NCBI GenBank assembly: GCA_050613775.1
Contig: JBODTK010000156.1
Span: forward strand, 124,001 to 188,000
Direction of reading: 5' to 3'
DNA length: 64,000 bases
Source of the DNA: Neocallimastix sp. 'constans'
Lineage: Eukaryota
Part shown: positions 40,040-54,242 of the stretch, piece after piece
Position numbering within the stretch: the first letter of the stretch is position 1
Layout: each line of letters begins with the position of its first letter
Position numbers and translations under genes: made by a program
Notes under the pieces: model-generated
Seen by the model: the letters and a program-made list of their open reading frames with translations, nothing else
Told to the model about the DNA's origin: nothing
Databases searched by the model: none

Positions 40040-41578
40040 TTATTTTTCAAATTTATGATTAGATTTTGACTTCTTTTTTTCGGTTCCTATTAATTTTCCA
40101 ACTAACCAATCCATAACAAATCCTGAACCTAATATAATTCCCCATCCTAAAATTTCAGATAATAAAACAACATCAATTCCTTTATATAAGGAAAGAATAC
40201 CTTCATCGCTATTATTTATTTATATTTATATTATTATTATTATATAAAAAATTTAGGTACATTATTTATATATATATATATATATAATATATTAGTTCAG
40301 CAAAAAGTAATGATAATTAAATTAATAACTTTTTTGAAAATTTAAATTTATTTATTTTTCATAATTTAATTATATTTACCTGATAATTCTCCATAAGCAT
40401 TCCCAACCATGATGATATCGTATATGTTTATTTCCAGCTTGCATCATTAATCTTAATTTTACTGTTTCCAAAGGATATATAAATACATAAGCTGTTCTTG
40501 TTACTAGTTGACCAATAAACCATTGTTTCCACAATGGTGGTCTGGAAATATTCTTTCCAAATAAGTAATTCATTGATTGTTTATATGCTGCTTTAGCAGA
40601 ATAATTATAAAGAATATAAGCTATATATGATTCTATCCATCCTTGATACATACACAAGATGCCACCTTGCGAATGTATATGATTTAAACAATCACTGATT
40701 GAATGATATGTTCTTAAATCCCCAACCCCAACATCAGCCGCTAATCTTACACGTGCTAAATTTAATGGATAACCTAAAGCCATTGTAACTGCAACACTTA
40801 AATTTGATTTATTATTTAACCATTGTAAAGTTTTAATTAAAGGAGATACAATATAAACTTTTACATTTGAATTATTCTTATATTCTTCTTCATATAATTG
40901 AATTTCTTTATCACTTAATCCTTTTCTTTTAAATCTTTTAGCTGATAAAGGTTTTGTTTTATAACGATCTATTATATAATTTGCAACATGTGAAGGTATA
41001 AATCTTATTAATCCAGCTGTAGCACCTCTCCAAAGAGAATCAATACCTTGTTCTCTTGTTATAGTACTAAATGCTGAAATTATATGATTATATGATGGTC
41101 TATTATTAATTTCTGGTATTACAGGTTGTAATTGTTGTAAAATTTGTAATCTTTCAACCGGGGCATAAGCAAATTTAATTAAGGTATCAAGTGCTAATCC
41201 AAATCCAAATACTAATGGCTGAGTTTCTTTTGATTTCCTTCTACTACTTGAAACTAAAGAAAAACTTTTATTTACTTGAATGTCTTTACTTTTGCTGGAA
41301 CTTGTATTATTACTATAACTATTTGTACTGTGATTACTATAATTATTAATTTTGGTAGAACTAATACTATTATTGTAGGTGTTAGTATTTGGGTTGCTAT
41401 AATTATTATTATTATTATTGTTATTGTTGTAATTGTTAAAATTACTATAATTATTGTAATTATTATAGTTACTACTAGAATATGAATTAAATGAATTGTT
41501 TTTATTATATGAATTATCCATATTGATAAGACTATCTATATCAGATGTATCTTTACCATAATCATATGACTCTGACAT
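40040..41578 (-). CDS. Mitochondrial-carrier family protein, divergent ADP/ATP carrier-like (exons 41578-40380 and 40208-40040)
   Basis: APVERLQILQQ, SLWRG...IRFIP, YPLNLARVRLAADVG, YPLETVKLRLMMQAG, EGILSLYKG. Confidence 0.85.
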
Positions 41579-44072
41579 TTTTTTATTTAAGTTTATTATA
41601 TTTAAAAGAAATATTTCTATAAATAAAGGAATATTGTTATTGTTATGAAAAGAAAAATAAATATGATTATTGAAATATTTAAAATTTTATAATTATTTAT
41701 ATATTTGTTATTTTTTATATAAATTGAATATTATATTTAAAAAAATCTAAATAATTTGAAAAAATTATTTAAATATTTTAAAATATAAATTTCTAAATTA
41801 ATTAATTATTAATTGATTATATACAAATAAAACAGTTGCAAAATTAAGATGTAAATGACACCGTTTTAATATTATTTTTCTTAAATAAAAATAATTTTCA
41901 AATAATTAATTTATTTAATTCCAATCATTATTCTTATAAAAGAATAAAAATATTTCTTTCGTTCCTTTTTTTTTTGTTTTTGTTTTTATATTTTTGCTTT
42001 TGCTTTTGCTTTTGCTTTTGTTTTTGTTTTATTATTTTTTATTTTTCTTTAAAATAAATATTAATAGTATTAATCAAATAGGATCTATTTTCTTTTTTCT
42101 TTAAAAAAATATATATTATATTTTATATTTTACCCTAATATTATATATTTTATATATATATTATATATTTAATTTTATTTTTTTTTTAAAATTAATCCTT
42201 TTGACTTTAATATTATTTTTTTTTTATTAATTATTTAAGCTTTCATAACATGAAATTATAAAATTTCAAGAATATTTCATACTTCGTTTAAAAATCGTTT
42301 TAAATAATAAAAAAAAAAAAATAATAATAATAATATATATATATATAAATTTAAATTAATAATTAATAATTCTAATTGGTATATAAATTTCTATTTTCAT
42401 TAATATTTAACAAAAAATATAAATATTTAATATATTAAAATAATATATATATGTTTTTTATAAAAGAAATTATTATAAATTTTATAAATTCTTAATTAAA
42501 AAAAATAATTATAAAAAAATTTTTTTCAATTTTCTTTAAATTAAATTAATTTTTATTTATAAATTTATTTATTAATTTAAAAAACATAAGTCTAAAAAAA
42601 AAAAAAGTATATATATCTAAAAAAGATTTTTTTCATTAAGATTTGAATATTTTCTTTTTCTTTTTGCTAAAAATATATTAAAGTTTATTCATATTAAAAT
42701 AATATATATGTTCCTCAGAATTATTGCAAATCTTTTATTAATAATATTTGATTACTGATATCTGATTATTATTAATTTGTGTCCTAATTATAATTATTTG
42801 TATTATTATTAATTTTATATATTTTCATATGTAGTTTAAAATGGTTTAAATGTAGTAATTTTTTAACATTTAATAGATATTTATTTTTGGTTATATTTCT
42901 GAGTTTGAACTTAATAAATAATCCACACTATAATGTTTTTTTTTTTTTTTTTTTTTTTTTTTTGTTGCATAATCATATGCACATTAATTTTTTTTCTTTC
43001 TTTTTTTTTTTGATTGTTTAGTCAATATTAATTAAGATTAATAAAAATTTCATTATATTTAAGTAACTATCATAAAGTAACATATATAATTAATCACTGA
43101 TTACAGATAGGATCTTTGATTAATTTTTTGATAATAATTTAAGTATTATCAAATAGTACATCATTATTTGAGATAGACTATTATAAAATACTTAATATTG
43201 ATTTATAAGTATAAAAAAATTATTGATCTACAATTGCCCAAATTAATAAAAATTATTTATATTAATTTAATAAAATTTATTAAATATATAATAAATTGCA
43301 TTCAAAACGATAATATATATAAGCTAATATAATAATTATAATATTTATAAAAATATCTATTTATTTAATCTTTTAATATTTTATGTATTATTAAAGTATT
43401 CACTTATATCATTCATCTATTTTTATATGCTTAATATCAGAATCTCTTTCAGTAATTATATTAATACCCTTTACACAACTATATCTTGATTATCTTATAC
43501 ATTTATGTCTTTTAAAAACTGAGATTCATTTTTGGAACTAGTTTATTTAATTTGATTTAAAATCAAGAATTTTATTTATGTTAAAATTACTAAAATAAAG
43601 ATATTATATTAATTTGTATAATTATTCATAATTATTATATATATTAAAGTTTTAGAATTATCTTCCATATAAATAATATACCAAAACTCTATATTTATAT
43701 AAATATATATGTAACATAAAATTTAAATTTATTTCATAGCATTAAAAATTTAATCTCACACACTATAATAAAAATAATTTTTTCTTATGAAGTAATATAT
43801 AGATTATAAAAATTTATATTTTAAAAATATCTAAAATTTAAACTCTAAACTACATAATTTTATATGCTTACATATTATTTTTTACATCTTATTTAATAAG
43901 AAGTAACAAAACTTCATCAATTCAATTACATAAAATATATATAATTTTTATCAATACTATTAAAGAAAAATAAAATTAAAATATATTATATATAATAAAA
44001 AATAAAAAAATATATATAATTATTAATTTTAAGCATATGATTTATAATAATTAAATAATTAAATAAAAAAAA

Positions 44073-45785
44073 ATGAATTTAATAATATTAATATTATTAT
44101 TATTATTATTATCAATAAAATTTTCTATATCAAAAAAAATTATATATGAAGCAGAAGATGGGATATTAAATAATATAAAAATTTATAAAAATATCCCAAA
44201 TTATTCTGGAAAAGGTTATGTAGGTTTATTTGAAAAAGATGGGGACTCAGTAACTATTACAATAAATATAACTGAAATAGGATATTATAATATATATATT
44301 TCATATTTAGCAAATTTAGGTACTAAAACTAATGATATAATAATTAATGGTCAGGATTCTATTTCATTTGAATTTCCAGAAAATACTAAATTTGAAGAAG
44401 TACTTATTGGGTGTTTTTATTTAAAAAAAGGTGATATTGAAATAATATTTAAAAAAAATTGGGGTTGGATGTATATTGATTATTTAGCAATTGAAAATGT
44501 TGAACAAACTAAAATTGATTTTTCTAAATTTGACAAAAATTTAGTTAATCCAAATGCAACAGCATCAGCCAAAAAATTGTATCAATATCTTCTTAACAAT
44601 TATGGGAAAAAAATAATTTCTGGTCAAACAGGAAAAGCAGGAGAATTTTGTGAAGAATATGCTAATGGGGAAATTGATTATATTCAAAAGTTAACAAATA
44701 AAATGCCTGCTCTTTGGAATACAGATTTTATATTTGAATCAAAAGATATAAAAGATCAATTTCAAATGCCTAATTATGTACAAAATGGATTAAATTGGTG
44801 GAAAAAATATAATGGTAAAGGAATTCTTAGTATTCAATGGCATTGGAATATGAAAGGTAAAATGGATGAATCACCATCATTTTACTCAAATGATTCCACA
44901 TTTGATATTGAGCAAGCTGTAATTGAAAATACATGGGAATACAATAAAGTTATTGTTGATATTGACCATATTGCGAGCATTTTAAAGCAATTACAAGATG
45001 TTAACATGCCAGTTATATGGCGTCCACTTCATGAAAATGATGGTAATTGGTTTTGGTGGGGTGGGTCAGAACATTCCAAAGCATGTTCTGAATTATGGAA
45101 ACTATTATACGAAAAACTTGTATATGAACATAATATTAATAATCTTATATGGTTATGGAATGGAAAATTAGATGAAAACACGCCCTATGAATATATTGAC
45201 TTAGTAGGATTAGATATTTATTCGACAACTCACGGTTCACACAGAAATGAATATATTAAAGCTTTAACTTTTTTCAATAATACAAAGATGATTGTATTAT
45301 CAGAAAATGGAAAAATTCCAGATATAGATAAATGTGTAGAAGAAGAGGCCTGGTGGGGTTATTTCATGACTTGGAATCAGGAATATATATTAACAGAAGA
45401 TTATAATGATAAAGAATTTGTTAAATCAGTTTATAATAATTCATATGTAATAACAATGAATGATTTACCATCATTTAATGTTGAAAATTATGAAGATAAT
45501 GTTACCCATAATAATGATACTAATGGTAATAATAATAATACTAATAATGATAACAATAATAATGATAATAATAATGATGATAATAATAATAATAATGAAA
45601 ATAGTACAAATAATACCAATTATGATATTAATGATCCAAATTTAAACGATGAAAGCAATAAAACTAATCAAATTGATATAATACAACAAAATAATGATGA
45701 AAATAATAATGGATTTTCAAATAACAATAATTTATGTTTAGCTTTGTTTATATTAATATTGTTTAACAGTTTATTGTTCATATAA
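44073..45785 (+). CDS. Secreted beta-mannanase, CBM35 + GH26, with Asn/Asp-rich stalk and hydrophobic C-terminus; intronless
   Basis: Signal peptide; YEAEDG...YSGKGYV...WGWMYIDY (CBM35); WHWN, WRPLHENDGNWFWWG (acid/base Glu), LSENG (nucleophile), FMTW. Confidence 0.92.
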   Translation: MNLIILILLLLLLSIKFSISKKIIYEAEDGILNNIKIYKNIPNYSGKGYVGLFEKDGDSVTITINITEIGYYNIYISYLANLGTKTNDIIINGQDSISFEFPENTKFEEVLIGCFYLKKGDIEIIFKKNWGWMYIDYLAIENVEQTKIDFSKFDKNLVNPNATASAKKLYQYLLNNYGKKIISGQTGKAGEFCEEYANGEIDYIQKLTNKMPALWNTDFIFESKDIKDQFQMPNYVQNGLNWWKKYNGKGILSIQWHWNMKGKMDESPSFYSNDSTFDIEQAVIENTWEYNKVIVDIDHIASILKQLQDVNMPVIWRPLHENDGNWFWWGGSEHSKACSELWKLLYEKLVYEHNINNLIWLWNGKLDENTPYEYIDLVGLDIYSTTHGSHRNEYIKALTFFNNTKMIVLSENGKIPDIDKCVEEEAWWGYFMTWNQEYILTEDYNDKEFVKSVYNNSYVITMNDLPSFNVENYEDNVTHNNDTNGNNNNTNNDNNNNDNNNDDNNNNNENSTNNTNYDINDPNLNDESNKTNQIDIIQQNNDENNNGFSNNNNLCLALFILILFNSLLFI

Positions 45786-46247
45786 TAAACTTTCCTAATA
45801 ATATTTCTTCAATAATTATATTTAAAATTTAAAATATATTAAAATTTAAGCAATTTTTTTTTTTTTAGAATTTCATTATGTAGCAGTTAATTTATTTTTA
45901 TAGTATTTATATTTTAATAATTTTATAAATATTTGTATTAAACCAATGATATGATATATTTATGTATGTATGTATTTAATACTAAAGTATAATTTAAATA
46001 ATTAACTCTCTAAAAAAAAAAGCACAATAAATATAAATAAAATAGTATAAAATATTGATAAGGTTAATATTTATTACATTAAAATTATATATTATAATAT
46101 TAAAACAATATTAAATAATTTATTTTATGTAAATAATTAAATTTAAAATATTTATAAAAGCCAAATATATAAATAAATTTACATTATTTTATATTATTAT
46201 ATTATTTTATTAATTAAATCATTTTTTAAAAAAAATATAATATTTTA

Positions 46248-46296
<49 letters not shown>

Positions 46297-46323
46297 GAAA
46301 ATAAAATTTAATAAAGTTAATAA

Positions 46324-46369
<46 letters not shown>

Positions 46370-46704
46370 TGTAAAAAAAAAAATTTAATAAAGTTGATAA
46401 TAAAAAAAAAAAAAAAAAAAATTATATCAATTATTATGATGATATGAGCTCCTGGTAAATTTTTATAATTACATATATTTATAGAAAGAAATATGTATTA
46501 AGTTATAGAAATAATAATAATATTAAACATATATTGATGTTTCATTCATTAGATATATACATTTTGATTAAACTTAACTGATATACAAGTGGGTATATAT
46601 AATATATAAATAAATATTATATATTATTAGTCAAATTAATAAAAACAAAATCAATATAATTCAACTTTATATTAACACTATTTCAATTTCAATCAATTAT
46701 GTTG

Positions 46705-47276
46705 GTCGAACCAGATTCTATTCTAATGCTAGTCCGTGAGCCAGCAAGCATAAGGCTCCTTGTTCGATCCCGTCCCATGACCATTTTCCTAACAAGAGGT
46801 TTTTACAGAATAAGGTGGTTAGGTTTACAAGTAAGTATTTCTCCTTATATATATTATTCTAAATATCCTAAGTAATATAGACAAGATACTATCTTAACTG
46901 TGGGCCTGAGAGGGTTGCGCAAGTATTGTCATTTAATATATTTAGGAGGGAATCATTTGCATTTGGGTACATGATTTCACGTGTATTCTACTAAATTGCA
47001 ATCTTTCTGACGTTTATGCATTTGCCAAGGAAGCTAGTACATATATTAATTGGTTAGGTTATAATTGTTTCTATTAAAAGGGAAATTAGGAACTGGAGAA
47101 GTACTACGAGAAAAAGCATTCTAGAAAATCCTCAGCAATAATATGTATGTCAGAGCTCCAATGCTGAATACTTAGTAAGGGTCCAGTTGGGACATTTCAG
47201 CCGATATTGAAGTGTTAGGACTACCTCAATATTTTCACAAAGAGCTGTAACATAATGAAGCAAAAAAAAAAAAAAA
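46705..47276 (+). mobile_element. SINE-like non-coding retroposon
   Basis: 14-bp TSD AATCAATTATGTTG (46691-46704 and 47277-47290), 3' poly(A), B-box-like GTTCGATCC followed by ...TGACCA near the 5' end, no ORF, GC-rich relative to the flanks. Confidence 0.7.
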
Positions 47277-48201
47277 AATCAATTATGTTGAAAAAAAAAA
47301 AAAAATAAAAATTTTAATCAAAAGCCTGTTATTAGAATTAAATCGAAATGTGTTATACTGAATCAAAAATATCTTAAAAGATATTTATTAAATAATGTAG
47401 TGATGTTCTTCATATATTATAACTACTGTGTGTTTAATAATAATAAAGAAGAAAATTTAATATTGTCAGATTCACTATATCATTTATAATCTTTCAAGAT
47501 TATCGTAATGGTAAAATGGTATTTTACTGTTAAATTCAAAATAATATTAAGAAGATATTAATACTAAATTTATATATTATGTCTATATTATCAAGTCGTA
47601 ATATATGAAAAAGAAATAAAGCGATATTTATGACTATTAATTATAAATTAAAACCAAATAAAAAATAATAAATATTGCTAAAACCTTTTAAAAACAAATA
47701 TTAATAAATTTATAATATAAGCAATAATAATATATATTAATTTTAATTATTTCTATCACAATATATAATAAACTTTATTTCTAATAAACTTTAAATTTTT
47801 TAATTTTAAATGTTAATATAACCAGATATATGAATAAAATATAATTAATAAATTTTCTATTAATAATTTTTTAATAAATAATTACTACAGAAAAATTATA
47901 TAAATATATAAATATATATAATATGATGAACCATAAAACCATATAATGATATAATGGTATTTAAATTATAATATGATAAAATCATCGTTCTATATCAATA
48001 AATAAAATATTTTACTTGTAATAAAAAAAAACAAAATAAAAAAAACAAAATAAAAAAAAAAAATGAAAATAAGAAAATATATATATAATATATATATATA
48101 ATTCAAGAATGATAATATCCTAATTAATATTATTAGATTTATATTACATAACTAAAAATTTAAATAAAATAAAATATTTAATATAATAACGAGATACTAT
48201 C

Positions 48202-50368
48202 ATGTCTGAGCATACTTTGCCTATCCTTATTATTAATCTAATAGGAGAATTATCATGTATTATCTAATATATCTAATATGTTAATGATATATTAATAAGT
48301 TTTTAAAAAAATATATCATTAATATTATTATTTAAAATAAGCTAACTTTATACATCTGTACAAACATTTTAATAATAAAATAGTAATATCAATTTTATTT
48401 TTATTAATAAAATACATTTATATTTAATTAAATGTAGATATTCTTCAAAATCGATTTAAAGCTTATGGAATTCCATTTGAAAAAACTTATGATTGTAATT
48501 TTATAAATTGTTTATTACTTAATAAATAAAATTTTAATATTAATTTCATTATATTACAAATGAACCTTTTAAATATATTAAATATTACATCATATTAATG
48601 AATATATACATATTAAATAACTAAAGTCATGGAAGAATTATATACAGAAATATTTGACCCAAACAATATTATACGATATAAATTTCCACAAGTATTACCT
48701 AGTCATTTAAAACCAATAAGAGATTCTTTAAATCAATTATTAAAATCATTAAGCTTTAAAATTTTAGGTGGTGGTTTTGATAAAGTAAGCTATATAAGAT
48801 AATATATTAAATATTTTTTTAAATAATAAAAAATATAAAAACGAAACTACTCAATATATTTCTATTAATATACTTTTATAAAAAAAGAAAAATAATAAAT
48901 ATTAACTATATGAAATAATAATTATATAATAAGCTATTTAATATGATGATTATGTCACTAAAATATCATTTTGTAAATTGCAAAGAAAGTAGAGATATTT
49001 TAAATTTGACTTCGGTAAATTTTTAATTTATCCAAATTATTAATTAATTTTATTTATTAATGTAATCAATAATATATATATTTACATATTAGATTCATTT
49101 AGAATCCATGATAAAATATGTTCAAAATCCATATACGGGATGTCAACTGAAACAACTAAAGCAACGAATAATTCAAGTATATAATATTTATATATTTATA
49201 CATACTTAATTATATGAAATCTATAATTAATATTTTTCATTTTTAATAGTATTTATTAAAATTATTTTATAACTCTATAAATATAATTTCCATTATTATT
49301 ATTATTATTATTATTAATCATTTAGGAATATACAAATTTACCTAATTTCTATTTTTTTATTATAAGACAGGATATATTAAAATTAATATCAGGAAAGAAA
49401 CGAAAAATTAGAATATTAATGAATCTAAATAGGCAAGATTCATCAGGAAATGTTTATAAACATAATAAATTTATTTTATTAAATAAAGATCAGATTAAAC
49501 ATGGTGAAAATGAGTTTGATAATGAATTCTTGAGAAATGCAATAAGTGAGAAGAAAGTGATAAATTATAGGTATACATAAAAAATATTAAAAGTATAAAG
49601 TAATTTAAAAAATTAAAATATAAAATTAACAATTATAAGCATTTACATAAATTAAAAAAATTACTTTAATATATTCTTTTTATTATAATTATTATTTTAT
49701 TAAATATTAACAAATAAATAAGATACTATAATAAGCATGGTGATGTTATTACAAAAAATAATGATATTTGTAAGGATATAGTTATAAATCCATTCATAAT
49801 GACATTTGAGTATAAAATTAATATGTAATTAAAATTAAATTGAATAATAATATACACAATCTTTTCCTATATAACTTATAAATTTTGTCATATCAAAAAT
49901 GAAATTATCGAAAATCATTTAATAATAAATAACTAAGATGATATTGTTAATATCAATAAATATTATAATCAAATATAAATTAAAATATACCAAAATTTTT
50001 ATATCATGTTTAATTAATAATACAATTTGATGTAATATATTAAGAAATATTAATAACCAAAGTATTAGATAATATATTAAATGCTTTATTATGAACAAAA
50101 AAAAAAAAAAAAATATTATAATAAATTAGTTTAATAATCAGGAGTATAAATTAATATTTTTCATAATAAAATAAATTAATTTATAATCTTATAATTTAGA
50201 TATAATTTAGATATACTAATACGTATTAGAATATTAAGAAAAAGAATAAAATTCGTTAAAAAACAATTTTTAGAATCAATAAAGCAATAAATTTTAATTA
50301 TTATTTTTTAAATATTGTATTGTTTTATTCTTATAAAATTATTATTTTTTTAATATGTATTATTAATA

Positions 50369-50416
<48 letters not shown>

Positions 50417-52776
50417 ATCAATATCTTTTTGATGAAAGATTTGATTATCCTGAGATACCAAACAAGGTATAATTATCTTTATTTTAATGATATTTTATAT
50501 CTCTCAGAAATATCAAAAAATAAAAATTAAAAAAAATTATTATTAATTATTCCATACTTAATTTTTATTCAAAACGATTAATTATAAATTTAAACCATTA
50601 ATCTTATTATTATTATAATTAAAATAATTATTATTATACTAATTTTAAATTTATTCCTTAAATTAAATATATATTTATTATTTATATTAAAGATAAATAT
50701 ATTTAATCAAAATAATGATAGCAATATTACAAGTATAAACAATAATAATAACGATACAAGTTCTTCATCAAGATTAGCTATAAATTTACTTGATGAATTA
50801 AGAGACCTTATAAATCCATCTGTAAAAAAATTTATGATAATATCATATTAATCATAAATGTTTATTTTTTGAAATAACGAATATTTTAATTATTTATTAT
50901 ATTGAATAATAACAAATGTTTTTTTTTTTTTACTCATAATTAAATATATATATTTATATTACAGACCACCAATTTAGTAAATAAGAAAAGTAAATCATCA
51001 TTAATAAAACAAAATCGAGATGAAAATGATGAATGGAATTCAATACATGATCATCTTATACAGAACTCTAACAATATAGAATTATTAAACAATGATTCAT
51101 TAAATAATAATAATAATAATAATGAATTTTATAAAAAAAGGGCACACTCAGTAAGTATAGATATACATTCATTCTATAATGATATAAAAGAAAAAAACGA
51201 TTCTCATAATACCAGTGAAAATGAACTTTTATCTTCACCACTATATAAAAGACGTGTAGAAAGTTTAAATAATGTGATTAACTCTTATAGTAATGATAAA
51301 AATAGTTTCAATACATCACTAAAAGAAAGGAATTCTATTCCAAGTTTAAATATATCTATTAAAGATTTAAAAAGTAAATTTGAGTCCAATACTAGCCTAT
51401 TACATGATTCTGTATCCTATAAAGAAAATGCTAAAACGGAATATATAGAGGTAACATATAACATTTTAAAATAAATTAATATATAAGAAAAAAAAAAAAG
51501 AAAAAAAAATTATTAAAAATAATTAATTTTATAATTATTGTTAATATAGACAAATAAGATATATCTAATAATAATATTAATAGTAAAATATATAATAAAA
51601 AAAGAAATAAAAAGAAAAAATATTAAAATAATTAATTTCATAATTATTGTTAATAAGACAAATAATATATATATATATATAATAAAATAGTAATTTATAA
51701 TTTATATAATATAAACTATAAACAAAATTTCAATTACAATAAAAAATGAAAAATAAATATAAATTATACATCAATGCATAGTAAATGAATATTTGATAAA
51801 TAATTAAAATATAAGAACAACTAATAATAAATAATTGAATTTTGAAACATTATAGTAATTAATAAATAAAGGAAAAAAGAAAAAGACAAAAGGAAAATTA
51901 AATGAAAATTGAAATAATATTTTTATTACTATTATTATGATTATTATATTAATTAGTATAGTTTAATAAATTTGGTTAATATGGAACATTAAGAAAATAG
52001 AGATTTTTTGTTACAAATTTTTAATATCAAAGATATAAAAATTTTAATTATTAATCATTAATGTTTCTGAAAAAAAATAATCCAAAATTTAATTTTACCA
52101 TACTAATTTTAATACATTAAACTTAATTTAAATATTCTAATATATTAATCGTTTTTTTAAATTCATATCAAACTATAATATACAAAATTAAATCCTTCTC
52201 AAAATGTAAGATGATTAAAATGATAATATATTATTAAAATAGAAAGAATAATTAATAATTTTAATTTATTCTATACTAAAGGTATGCATGTATAACTAAT
52301 TCAGGAAGGAAATAAAAGTGGAACAAGTCATGTTAATCATAGTTTCAGGTTAATATTATATTAATGATATATTTTTATAATTTAAATTATAATTATTATT
52401 TTTAAAATTATAGATTAATAATAATAAATATTATAATTATAATTAAAACTTTAGTAGTTTATTAATGTTAAGTCTATAGTAATAGAATATGAAAAACAAA
52501 TTTTTTTAGTTAAAAGTAATATATAATAGTTTTAATTTTAGTAGAGTAATAATAATAATATAATTTAAAAGAACAAATTTAGTCATTATATATAATATAA
52601 AACAGCTTTAATAATAATAATAATATTATTATTACTATTATTGTTATTTTCATTAATTATCAATTTTATATTATTTATTACACTAATAATATTAAATAAA
52701 AATACAATGATAATAATGATAATAATAATAGTTAAGAATAATTTTATTTATATTAATAAGATAATATAATAATTTC

Positions 52777-52822
<46 letters not shown>

Positions 52823-52994
52823 GTATCTTCTAAAACAATATTAATCATACTTTTTATTTTTAATATTATAAACTTATATATATTTATATATAATAATAAA
52901 AATAATAATAATAAAAATAATAATAATAAAAATGTAATAACATATTACGAAATTTACGAAAATTAAATAAAATATATATATATATATAATAAAA

Positions 52995-53060
<66 letters not shown>

Positions 53061-53801
53061 CCATTAATATATTGTAGTAGTAACACTAATATTAAAATAG
53101 TTGCCAATGAAAAAATATCGAAAATTGAAGAAGAAGATGAAGAAGACAATGAAGATGATGAAAAAGATGAAGATAATGATAAAATAGAAAATAGTAATAA
53201 CGAAATTTGGAAAAATAAAGATAAAAATTCATATAATATTTCCATATCGAATAACTTGAACTTTTTAAAGAATCATGATATATTAAATGAAAATCAATCA
53301 TCTAATAATTATAAATTAAATTCTAGAAATGAAATAGGGAAACGATGTCACTTACAGAATAATTTTGCCTTTGATAATGAAAAAACGATCAATGATATAT
53401 TTAGTATTAGTACTAGTATACATAGTATAAATCATGGAAATAAAGAAAGAGAATCAAATAATTCTCTATCTGAATCCCAAAAAGTGAAAATATCTACCCC
53501 CATTAAAAAATTAAACAGCTTGAAGCAAGGTTTATTTGATCCTGTAGCTTCAAATAATGATATTAAAAATAATATTATAAATAACATTTTTAATACTTCA
53601 CCAAAGAAATATCATTCATCAATGAATATTGAAAGCATATCCAATAAAGAAAGTGCAGTTGATTCATCATCCACTGTTGTCTTATCTAATCGTTCTGCAA
53701 AACAAAAGGAAATAACGAATTTATTAGAAACATCAAAAAATACATTTAATAAGACATCTGAGAATAACGATCTGGACTTTTTAGAATTAATGGATGGATG
53801 A
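48202..53801 (+). CDS. OSCP1: OSCP1-family protein (multi-exon, long low-complexity C-terminal half)
   Basis: MSEHTLPILIINLIGELSYILQNRFKAYGIP and FDKLFNMMIMSLKYH match the OSCP1 N-domain; C-terminal DLDFLELMDG resembles the OSCP1 DDLL.MMD end. Linking exons beyond 49.8 kb into this gene is inferred. Confidence 0.7.
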
Positions 53802-54168
53802 ATAGAAATATATTACTTTTATAATAATTTTTTTTTTTTTTTAATATGATTTCATTATTATTATTGTTTTTTTTTTTTTTTTATGTTAAAAAAAATATGA
53901 TATATATAATAAAACTGCCTTGTTTTAATAATTCATCATATTTTAATAATACATATATATAGCTATATTAATATATATAATAAATATTTATATTTTTTTT
54001 CAAATGTAAAATAATTTTTTCTTAGATATATAATTGAAAAAATTGAAAAAAATGTTAAATTTGAATTTTATGAGTATCAATATTAATATATTATAATATA
54101 AATATATCATTTTAATATATATTTTATTAAAAGTATAATGGAATAAATAAAGTGATATAAATAAAGTA

Positions 54169-54242
<74 letters not shown>

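Noticed and set aside
50411..50440. Apparent missing AG acceptor for an OSCP1 exon
   Set aside because: An in-frame AAG at 50436-50438 can serve as the acceptor; the adjacent poly(A) is also error-prone.
51495..51665. Short local duplication (a similar one lies at ~62815-62980)
   Set aside because: Ordinary slippage duplications in AT-rich non-coding DNA.
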